Shown here: positions 38,096-49,164 of the stretch, one piece after another
Numbering within the stretch: position 1 is the stretch's first letter
How the letters are laid out: each line of letters begins with the position of its first letter
Assembly: GCA_018398765.1 (NCBI GenBank)
Contig: JAHBMJ010000236.1
Span: 1 to 53,703, forward strand
Direction: 5' to 3'
Length of the DNA: 53,703 bases
Origin: Chromera velia
Lineage: Eukaryota
Position numbers and translations under genes: made by a program
Notes under the pieces: model-generated
Database searches by the model: none
The model's input: the letters and a program-made list of their open reading frames with translations, nothing else
What the model was told of the DNA's origin: nothing

Positions 38096-39679
38096 TAATG
38101 AGAATATCGTTTCTGTCGATTCATTTTTCTTGTATTTGGACGGTTTGCAATCAAGCTTACAGTGAAACGCTTGATTGAGGGGGGAATGTTAGCGCAACAC
38201 GGCATGTACACGGCATGTCTTTGGGGCCACGGTCAGAGCTAGCCGATTTTGATTGATCGATCGAGATTTCGATTGACGTGTACGTTTGCAACACTGCAGT
38301 ATAGAAAGCGAACTGACCGTTTGTCTAAGGAAAGTACCAAAGCAACAGAACTTCTGAATATATTGAGAAGGGGTCTGTGAGCTCTAGGCTTCAGGAACAG
38401 TCAGAGTTGATCCTAGAAGTAGTAAAAAAGATAGTAGGACAGATTGTATTCATAAGCCCCGCCCCTTACACTGAATTTCGCACGCGCGCCACCTATGTAC
38501 TTCCCTATATTTCGGGTCGCAAACGCCTTACGGGACCGCACAGTAAAAATTTTGTGCATGCATGATTGAAATGATTAAATTTGACCGCCTCTGAGGTCTG
38601 AATTCAGATGCGCTATCAGATGCGCTGTTTAACAGCTTTGTCAGACTTTGTAATGTGGATGAGCAGATGAGGGAAATCTTCAACTTAACGACGGACGTGG
38701 GCATGACAGTGAGTGAGAGCTAGGTAAAAACACTACTCTTCAAACGCCGTCTCCGCGCGTCTTAATCTGTCTGTTGTGAGTTTTATATTGTTTCCGGACT
38801 AAGCAGATCTCCCTTTTGGTCAGGTCCCCACCTGTCCTGCTCCAAGGAAAGGTGAGTGGTCAATCTGTTCCTGTCTTCATATTCCTCCTGTTTATTTAAC
38901 TCCATAAATGAAAGGGAGACAGTTAGAGACAATCTGGTAGTAAGCGCATACGACTCTTTACCGTGAGCGAGCTGCTGAACCCGGGCGCCTATGGCTTTCC
39001 TCTAGCTCTATTCACCCTGTTTGAGCCTGCCATGCAATATATGTGATTTCCTGTCTGTACTGACTTTGGGCTGTGAATCCTTCTATCTTTGAGTAAATGG
39101 GTGAATGAGTAGGCGTGTTAGGTTTCCGTGTCCATCTACATGTCTGTCTTAAAGTATCCCCCCGTTGCTGTTCATAATACTCGTTTCGATGCACGGTGCT
39201 CCTGTAGACAAATTTTTCCGGTATTTATGTGCGTGGATGCCAGTCTGTGACGTGGTTTTATCTTCGTGTGCTCTGTTCGGCTTTCTCCGTTCCACATTTT
39301 TCTGTGTCTCTTAGGCTATGTGTATATTGAAATTCGTCTCCTTTGAGTGACCGGGTGCATGTTGATTGAGTGCAGGAGTGCTGAGACTCTGAGGAGAAGT
39401 GCAAGGGCGAAAGACTGACTGACTGACTGATTAACTGACTGACTAACCCACTAATCGACTGGTAGCGACAGACAGTCACAGTGACTCACTATTTGTCTGT
39501 CTTCTAGGTCTGTCTTGCTGTCTATAAAAAATTCCCCTCCCCTGAAATTAAAATATGGCCTGTCTGGCAGTGCCTGCCTGCCCACCTGCTTGCCTGCCTA
39601 TGTATTTGTCTGCTTCTCCATATGTTTCTCTGTATGACATTGTATGTAGGTATATGCGTATGTATATGAGGCCAGGAGG

Positions 39680-39705
39680 CACAGAGAGAGAAAGAGAGAG
39701 AGAGA

Positions 39706-39745
<40 letters not shown>

Positions 39746-40245
39746 AAGAGCGAAAGCGAGACAGAGAGAGAGAGAGAGAAAGAAAGAGAGAGAGAGAGAG
39801 AGAAAAAGAATGTAGGCAGCTTGTGCTTCAAGGCTCTAGCAGGATTACATCTATGATGTATTTCATTGTGTTGGCCTTTCTGCCTCGTGTGTTTTTATAC
39901 GTACGTGAGAGCTTCCTCTGAAAGGCTCTATGACATTCCCGCTCCACTCTACCGTAAGGCCTGTGTATGCTAGTATGTATGGTTGTCTCTCGGAGTGTGT
40001 TTGCCTACATATTCCTTTGTACGACCACCAGGCAGTGCACCGAGGTCTGCTTATTTGAAATCACACTCAAAACTCTCTAGGTTGCTTGCCTGCTTTGGGG
40101 TCACTGCCCAGGGCCACTGCCTCTTTTTGCACTGCATAATTTTGAATGTTCTGCATATCAGTCTGTGAATGAAATGAAAGCTTTAGAAACTTTAAAGGAA
40201 AGGGAACATTTCTTAGTACGTTCCTATCTGATCTTCTGTTCTCTT

Positions 40246-40296
<51 letters not shown>

Positions 40297-40392
40297 ACAT
40301 CTGTGCATATGCGATCTATACCTGTGCGAGCTTGTCAGTCTGAGTAATGTGCGTGCTTATGTGTGCATGCGATGTAGCGGTGAGAGTGTGAA

Positions 40393-40436
<44 letters not shown>

Positions 40437-40451
40437 ATGTGTGCGTGAGTA

Positions 40452-40550
<99 letters not shown>

Positions 40551-40640
40551 ATGTGTGTGTATGTATATGTGTGTGTGTATATGTGTATGTATGTGTGTGT
40601 GTGTGTGTGTGTATGTGTGTGTGTGTGTATGTGCGCACGT
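39680..40640. repeat. Compound (GA)n, (CT)n, (GT)n/(GTAT)n microsatellites
   Basis: Directly visible. Confidence 0.9.
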
Positions 40641-40961
40641 TAGCAGACAGGTGGCAGACGAAGACTCATGATCAGGGAGAGATAGAGAGCGAGAGAGGGA
40701 AAGAGCCAGATGGATATACGGTTCTGCATAAGAGAAAGAGATCGAGGCCGATGCACCCAGACTGAAGTAAAGAAGCTGACAGTGTCTCAGACAGACAGAA
40801 AAATTGAAAGACAAAGGCTAGGACAAAGGGTGAAAAATGATAAAAGAGTAACTATTGTATAAGTGATGCAGACATATATGCAGACACTATAATACACTGT
40901 CAAAGACTAGGTCAAATACTGTTGGCTCACTCCTCTCCGGTCCCCGGACCGTCCTCCGTGT

Positions 40962-43900
40962 TATGTTAACTAAAGACTATTGTGCAGTGACTATCAATTT
41001 TTGGTAAGAGATTCAGAAGGTCTGATAGTATATATACAAACGTACAGATACTTGCAAGTCATACAAGTCTATCAAATCGATTGGCTAAATTGATTTGGAT
41101 GCGCGTGCTCAAATTATAAATCGATTCTATCAGTCGATCGATCGATTCAATTGAATATACAAATTCGATTCTGTATTGCATACAACGAGAACGGAAATTG
41201 AATACGATGAGACGGCATTGTTGCACTATTGCTTCACGCATGCGCGATATGATGTATGAACATTTTCAAGGCTACGGCATATCCGAAAATACGCGAACGC
41301 ATGCATGCATACCGATACAGATGGATAGAGGCCACGCGCGGAACTGTTTAGATATCATGCATGGCTAGTAGGGTGCTACAGCATGCACACGGCCTATAGA
41401 GCATCACAGCAAAAGAAGTCTTGGCTCAACAGATCGCCCCCCAAGTATCGTTGCAATGATACGAATAATGCTTGACTGACATTCATAACACAGACAGACA
41501 TAATGGATGCACATGCAAGACAGGTTTACTTCACTGAAGCATTAACGACCAAAAGATGACCAAAGGCTTTCAATCTTTGGCGAAGGACCAGATCAATCAC
41601 AATAAAAAACAAGGAAACGAAGCTTGCGAGAAAGAATTGAACAACAAGCATGAAATTGCATGAAATGCTTTGATTCACTTTCTTGTTATATGGGAGTAAA
41701 AGTGAAACGAAGAGAAGAAAAAGAAAAGAACAGAATCATGAAGACATGCAAAGAGGAAGATGAAGAGAAAGAAACACACAAACAAAGAACGCTCAATCAC
41801 TGTCAGCTTGCCCTTTCTTCTTTAATTCTTCTTTCAATTCACAGTCTCACTCAGACAGAAGACACTTCGTCATTCTATCTGCTCTCATCTCATCTGTTGG
41901 GACACGCACGAACTCTGCATTCATTTCCTTTCTGCATTGCAGTACAGACTCAAGCATGCCTTGCTAACTGGGATCAGAACGGGCATGATCAGAGACTAGC
42001 TGTGCAAGCAGAGGTTGAGAGTCAAGAATGAACTGAACTGTTAGCTTGGCTTTCTACATCCTCTCTACAAAAAAAAAGTACTTAAAGGCAGCTTTCACCG
42101 CATCGCGCAGAGCAATCAGTTCAGCCGAAGTTGTTGAGCTAACTTTCACTTTCAAAGAACGTGACTTCCAGAAAACAGTGTTACATTCTTCCTTGCTTGG
42201 CAGAGAAGCGTCTTTCTCCAACAACTGAATCTCAAATCCTATCTGTGCAGAATATTTTCTGAGAGAAAAAGATACATCTGACCAGATACGAAGGAGAGGG
42301 ACCGACAACAGACGGACAAAGACAAGAGGCTTTGCATGAAGCTGTGCATGTACAATCATACGACGAAGGGTGTCAATCAATCGGTCAGTCGGTTTAGTAT
42401 TGAATCGTCAAACGAATGAGAATGCGAATGCGTAGGCAGGCAGAGTATAACACACCCATCCTAACTTGCCCATCCATAACTGATACTGAGAGACAAGCGA
42501 GGGATTGACAGATTCATTGAGAGAGGGAGGGAAAAAATCAGACCTGCGAAGAGCTCTCTTTCCTTTGTCCCCCAGCTCCGTCAGACATTCCAGCGCTTGA
42601 AGGTAATCAGTCTGGTTGATGATCAGCATGTCATTGATAATTCTAACAGTCTGTCCGACGTAGGTATGCGGAGCACCATCACTGAGCAGCTCGGAAGGGT
42701 CCATGTCTACCTCCTTCCTGATGGCATAGAGAATGCCCATCGAATCCTTTCCCCATGCCCAGAGATCATCGACGTACATGATCAGAATGGCATCGATCTC
42801 TCCTGAAGGATCTCTGCGAACGAGGATAGACTCGCTTGCCTCCTTGAAACCAAACTTCTTCGCCTTGGACTTAAACCACTTGGTGTAGACGTGTGGACTC
42901 TACTTCAATCCGTAGAGAGCATTGTTGGCACTTGCAATCGCCCCTGGCATGTACTCCGGAATCTCTTCAGTCACGACAGCGGGAATCTCGGTGGGGAGCT
43001 TGATGTAGACTTTCTTTCCCACATCCATGGGGGCCTGTAAGAAAGCTATGGACACATCAGACTTAGCGCACGCGAAGGAGTTGCTAAGGGCGTAGATGAT
43101 GGCTGCTCTGACGAGGCCAGGATCGGGAGTGCCAGAGAAGGTCTCGATCACTGTGGAGTCTCGATGACCCATGACAACGAGGCATGTTTTAGGAACTCGG
43201 CGGTTGCCCTTAAGCTTCCACGTTAGGACAAAGCGCATCGGAATGGCCTTGTCGAAGTCAGGAGGCATCTCTCCCTTCTGCATGACGTAGATAGCAAGGT
43301 TGTTTTTGTACTTGCGCATCTCAGTGAGGATCGACTCATCGAAATCACCTTTTGCTATCTCCTCCTTGGTCGTAGGTACGTGACCTTTCAGGACTTTGAC
43401 TGCCCGAGTGGAGGCAGCCATCTCAACGAGCTCGCAGAGGTCAGTAATCTTCACTTCCCTTTCCTGATCTGGAGGGAAGATCCAGTCCCCATCGACTACC
43501 TCTGGCTCGTCCATGTGTTTATCTGCAGATGGAGCGGCTTCAAAAGGAGAGACATTCATTTCCCCGCCCCCTGAAGCCGCGAAGGGCTCAGAGGTGGGTA
43601 GATGGAGAGGAGGCTCACCGTCCTCAAGAGGGAAAGAAGAAAAAATATTTCCTTTCGGCAGACGAACAATTTCTCCCCACTTCCATCCTTTCATTCCATC
43701 AAGCTTTGTCAAGAAAGAGACATCAATGGATACACGCATGACTCGAACAAGGATAGCAGAGAAAGTGGGACCTCCACGCTCAAAAGAAGCAAAGACACTG
43801 ACACCTGGCTGAAGTTCAATGGATGTCTGTTCTCCGTTTCTGTGTGCATGCGACTCGTCTTCCTGTAGACTATCACCACTGACAACCTCCGTTAACATAG

Positions 43901-46900
43901 GGACAGATGGCAGTGGAAGCAGATGAGAGGCAGCAGAGGAGTGAACAGAACAAACGTAGCGAGGATGCAGATGCAAAGCTGTCCATCTGTTTTCTCTTTT
44001 CACAAGAACAGAGCAGGAAGACTCATTCCACTCACCCCCGAAAATGCCTACTTCATCCCTTGGAAACAATGATTTCATTCGAGGCTTTGGATCAAAAGCA
44101 AGCACGGGCATGCCAACGAGAAGTGAGTGCATGGGGGGAGGACGGCGATAGATAGCTTTGAACGGTGACTCACCCAACACTGAATGTACAGTGGTGTTCA
44201 GAGCATAGCACACACCCGGAAGGAGTGTGGGCCAGGCAGAATGAGGGAACTTATACTGATCGAGCAACTTTTTCATCACCTTCTTGATCTCTCTGTTGGC
44301 CCTCTCGATGATGCCCTGAACTGCCGGAGTGTACGCGGGCCCAGTCAGATGTGTGATGCCTCGTTCTCGACAGAACTTCTTGTACTCGTGGTTGACAAAC
44401 TCCCCACCGTTGTCTGTGCAGATATAGGTGGGCGCCCCCCACTTGGCAGTCCAGGCAATGAGGTGATCGAGGGCGGCATCCTTGGTAGTGAGTGCCATGA
44501 GGGACTTGAAGCGCTTGCTGCTGTCAACGATGACAGAGAGGTAGACGAATCCACCTATCCCTTTGTCGTACATCTCCGTCAAGTCCTGAAAGATCTTGTA
44601 GTTGAAGGGATGTTTGTTTTGCTTAGAGTCGTCTCGACTCCCAATCTGTCGCTTCACCGCATTGACTGCAGGACAGACTGGACACGCACGCACAGCCTTC
44701 TCACAGTTACTCTTCTTGCCGATGTCGTACCCCCTTTCCTTGAGGGTGCGATACATGGTTCGAGCAGAAGGATGACCAAGGAACTTATGAATCTCGGAGA
44801 GGGTATGCTGAGAGAGATCGGGCTCCTCTCTCTGTGCGTTGACTTCAGAAGCACCCTGCTTTGTTTGCTTAGAGTCTGTATTCTCTGTGTTCGAGTCGTT
44901 GTTGTTTGCCTCGTTCTCGTGAGCAGAATCAATAACAAAAGACTGTCACTGACTCAGCTCTTCAGCATGTCGGTGTAGAAGAGCACGGAGATGAGCTCTG
45001 TCTGCATCAACGTTGCGGTTAGGGACCCATATGGGGAACACGGTGAGTCCGTTGATGATGGGGCCTCTCAAGCGTTTAGAAAAACCGGGAATGGTCTTAA
45101 CAGGGGTGACAAAGTGGTCGGCGTTCTTGCAGTATCCAACAGGCGCAGGGACGAGAGCTCTGCGTCCGTTACCCTTGATCATTGCTTTTTCCCACACTGT
45201 GTAGACGGACCAGCCTGTCGCGTCCATAGTAGGAATGGTGAGAACAACGTCCTTGTAAATGGTCAGCTTGCCCTTCTTCTTGCCACTGAGGGTCTCTACG
45301 GTATTGAACGATGTCGTGTTCTTCACGGACTTCACCACGAACCGTCGGAAAGATTCGGGGAAGAGACCTTTTGTGCACCCGGAGTTGACGACGAGGTGCA
45401 ATCCCTCCAAGAGCTTCTGGCTAGCTCATATAGCAGAGCCGCATGTCAGCGCTGCACAGGCGTGACGGGAGGGAGAAAAGACAGAGTGGTGACTCTGGTC
45501 TTTCTAAAGAGAAGAAGGCAAAACTGACTTTCTGACTCTGCCAAAAGCTAAGTCTAAAGCAATTATCTCGGCTTCAGGAGTGCTGCTGATCAGTGTCTTG
45601 CAAGTCAGACTTTTCCATTCAGTTTCAGTGTAAGAGGGGAAACCAAGCAAAGTACCGCAGCTTTGAAGTCTATCAGACTATGCGGCACACTCTTTCCGAC
45701 TCTGACCTATATGTGGTTGCGTATCAGCCCCTTCGGTCATACAGATCCACTCGGTGTACAAGTCAGCTGCATCAGCCTTTTCATGTTCATGATCATCCGC
45801 CAAGTCAGCGAAGCAGACGTTCTTCTTGCCTTAGCCGACCAGTGGTTCTTCTTGCCACAGTTGTAGCACTTGTCGTCCGGTTTGACCGGGCACTCATGAG
45901 GCTGAGTCCGGTTGCAACGGTAGCATCTCTTCTTGTTGTCCTCCTTCCTGACCTTGTCGGCGGGGAAGCGGTTCGGTTGGAACTTTGACTTAGTCCCTCC
46001 CTGCAGACCACGACGACGACGATGATCTGTAACACCAGCCATCTGCCCTTGCTGTGCGGGCGGCTGTAGAGAAGAAGAAGCCGAACTCAAGATGGACTCC
46101 TGCTTCGCGAGCACATCGAGACGGTCGAGGATACTGGTGACATCCTCGGCAGCGAGGCTATCAACTAGTCTATGCTTGTGCTTGTCGGCAACGGAAGCAA
46201 CCAAGGTAAGAAATTAGTCGCTGTCACTGGGGTCATAGTTGACTTCCTTGTAGTCGTGCATCAGTTGCTTCCAGGCCTCTATATGTTGATGGAGGTTGTG
46301 GTTGTAATGTTGCCTGAAGGCCTTGAAACGCTTCTGCACATCGAGGCGCCTTTTTGTAATATCCGGCAGGTAATGTTTCTGCAAGGCATCAAGGATCTCT
46401 TTGCGTGCAGGGGGAGCGTCAGGGTCAGTCACAACTGACTCAATAACCTCCATAAACTCGGCGTTTGGCCCTCTAGCAGTGCCTGCGTGGATGATGAGGC
46501 CGAGCTCTGCCTGCTTCTTCATGGGCGCATCGGTGAACGTCATCGTTGCTAAGTTCAACATGATCTCAAGAACCTTCCTCCAGGATTGGAAGCGTCCCTT
46601 TCCATAGAGAGAGAAGAGAGGGATGTTTTAGAATGGAAGGTTAGAGGAGTGCCGATTCGCCATGGTCTTGCGCAATAGTTGGAAGGTCAACGAAGGAAGG
46701 AGAAAGGAATCAAAGGTCTGCACACACTGATATGTTAATTAAAGACTATTGTGCAGTGACTATCAATTGTTAGCAAGAGATTCAGAAGGTCTGATAGTAT
46801 ATATACAAACGTACAGACACTTGCAAGTCATACAAGTCTATCAAATCGATTGGCTAAATTGATTTGGATGCGCGTGCTCAAATTATAAATCGATTCTGTC

Positions 46901-47200
46901 AGTCGATCGATCGATTTAATCGAATATACAAATTCGATTCTGTATTGCATACAACGAGAACGGAAAGTGAATACGATGAGACGGCATTGTTGCACTATTG
47001 CTTCACGCATGCGCGATATGATGTATGAACATTCTTAAGGCTACGGCATGTCCGAAAATATGCGAACGCATGCATGCACACCGATACAGATGGACGGGGG
47101 CCATGCGCGGAACTGTTCAGATATCATGCAGGGCCAATAGGGTGCTACAGTATGCACACGGCCTATAGAACATCACAGCAAAAGAAGTCTCGGCTCAACA
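40962..47200 (-). mobile_element. Full-length, decayed Ty1/copia LTR retrotransposon
   Basis: 470-bp LTRs at 46731-47200 (5') and 40962-41431 (3'); TSD CGTGT/TGTGT (40957-40961, 47201-47205); purine-rich TTGGGGGGCGATC before the 3' LTR; order gag-PR-IN-RT-RH. Confidence 0.95.
41834..46663 (-). pseudogene. Copia gag-pol with stops and frameshifts
   Basis: ATG 46663. Knuckles CYRCNRTQPHECP and CYNCGKKNH; protease LVVNSGCT; integrase HKFLGHP..CPVC, TDNGGEF, QGIIERAN; RT AFLQA, LYGLK, YVDD; RNase H SSTTSAELIAL, RADRMTK. Confidence 0.93.
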
Positions 47201-47832
47201 TGTGTCTGGGGCTTTTTCACAGATATCTTTACTGTGTTTTCGTATCGAACCTAATCGAGTTATTAGTGTATTGAGAGATCACGTTAACTAGAAAATGAGT
47301 CAATCATTCTCTAGATCGTCATTTTTTCCTTTTTAAAAATGTTAGAAAAAATATGGCAAATTAGTTTTATAAACTCAGGTAAAGAATATGTAATGTAGAC
47401 AGTTTGCAGATCGATTTGCTATAACTATGAGTGAGAATTTCAGACTAATTTTTAGTCGTATTTAGGCCTTCATACGCGATAATGCGCGACCCCTGGTTTC
47501 CCCCTTTCACCGGGGCCATGGCATGCTCCGCAGGAGCATCAAAATGCGTTATGCGAGTGCGTGCGATCTCAGGGCCTCTCGGCTGATCTCAGCAAAGCTG
47601 AGCTGCCCCCCGAGGCGATTGAGCGTTCGTCTCGTCGTTCTCACTTCGTTTCGACTGAACCATGCACCCTCACGTCCCATTCTGAGCACACTCACGCTTC
47701 ACTTGATCGAGTTACCAGCCTCACTGAAACACGTTTGGTGAGAAATTGGTGTAGAGTTTTGCTCATAGAGACGAATGCCGTGCAACTCATGCGTGATCGT
47801 GGACTTTCTTCTGTAGATGTCACATTTGTGCA

Positions 47833-49164
47833 TTGAACTTGCCTGACCTTCGCGAAGTTTCAGTCTGGATTGCGCAATTTTGTTTTGCGTTCCCAATGCG
47901 GTCACCCAGCTTGAGTGGTGCACCGCCGCATCCAGGTAGAGATGATTCGAACTTTCTACCAGACGCACAAAGTCCTTCTGTCTCTCCCCAGGCTGCTGCG
48001 GAAGGTGGGGGCCAAACGGCTACTCTCCCTGGGACGGCTGCAGCCGTAGATACGTCAGATCCACCGGATTGTGAATGGCGCCGCCTCTTGGATGACAACG
48101 GCCCCCCTCTGTCAAAGAAGTAGGAGAGTGCTCTTCGGGTGATCGCGGAGTCTCTTCGTGCGGGAATCAACAGCGAATTCCGCCTGTTAGCAGAAGACCC
48201 GCGACTGGCTGTGCGACTGAAGTTCAAAGACATCTTCAGGGGTAATTCCACATTGCTTGTCTGTCTGTACTTACTCGCGATGGTTGCAGAAGCTTGTGTC
48301 TCCTTCGCAGCAAGGTTAGCAGGACTTGATGAAGATGGTGAGGAATTGGTGACGCCGTCTTTGACCCGCCGCCAGCTGTTTTGGCTTCTCTTTGGAGCGC
48401 GAGTGCTGCTCACGTTGCCCGTTATGCTGATGATGGGCTTTGGTGAGCGGTACAACCTCGGATTACGCCGGTATCGGGAGTTGAGGCAAGATTATCTAGC
48501 GGTTGTTCGGCGTCTGGGTGAGAAACCCTCAGAAAACTGGAGCATCAACCTTCAGGCGTTCTACAAGTTGACGCATCGACAGCTTCTGCAAGGTACCTTG
48601 TGCATGATCGCGACTCTTGCCATCAACGCGATGGCTGACTCGATCATTGAATGTGTATTGAATTTGATGGCGGTCCACCTGCTGACTCACCTTGACGAGT
48701 GGGGTGCCAACAATTTCGCTCTGAATCGTTTGAACCTGCGAAAACTTATGGCACGGAATGATCGGGGTTGCCTAGTTGTAAATGGCTGCATCCCGTCTCT
48801 GATGGGTGTATGGGCAAAATTTGTGAGAGAGAGCCCAGAACATGCGCTGGCTCTTCTCGATAGCGACCCAGCTTTGTACCTTGCGGAAAGCTACCTGAGC
48901 TTTTGGGGAATTCCGGTTTCTAACACTTTTCGCGACGCTCCTCAGATATCACAAGCACCCGCTGTTTTCGCACAATCGTCACCACCACCACCACCACCAC
49001 AAATTCAGCCGATGCCCCCGCAGAGAAGTGCAAGCCAACTTCAAGGAAGTCGCCTTTCCCAACAGCCTGCCAGTGGCCCGCCGGGGGCTGACCCTGACCG
49101 GCCGGTGGTAGACAGAGATTCTGCTAGAGATTTTGTTTGTTGTCCATGTTTTGGCTCAGTGTAG
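47833..49164 (+). pseudogene. Intronless multi-pass membrane-protein ORF interrupted by an in-frame TAG
   Basis: ORFs 47833-48123 and 48139-49164 share a frame across TAG 48121-48123. Several hydrophobic segments, a SIIECVLNLMAVHLLTHLDE motif and a Pro/Gln-rich tail. True start unclear. Confidence 0.55.

Larger units (their letters stand above)
29299..38454 (+). mobile_element. Tandem array of a Gag-only, copia-derived LTR retroelement (TR-GAG-like) with shared LTRs
   Basis: LTRs at 29299-29586, 31279-31552, 33249-33522, 35217-35484 and 38187-38454. PPT GAGGGGGGAA precedes each downstream LTR. 5-bp TSD AGCCC (29294-29298, 38455-38459). Each internal unit holds gag and no pol. Confidence 0.9.

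Noticed and set aside
40265..40814. ORFs rich in CV/HT/RE/SL repeats here and throughout introns
   Set aside because: They are translations of dinucleotide and tetranucleotide microsatellites
44184..44978. 264-aa plus-strand ORF
   Set aside because: Antisense shadow of the copia integrase
8411..48123. Frequent in-frame TAA/TAG suggesting a ciliate-like TAR=Gln code
   Set aside because: The stops are polymorphic among array copies (CAG in sisters), come with frameshifts, and are absent from the long host exons examined
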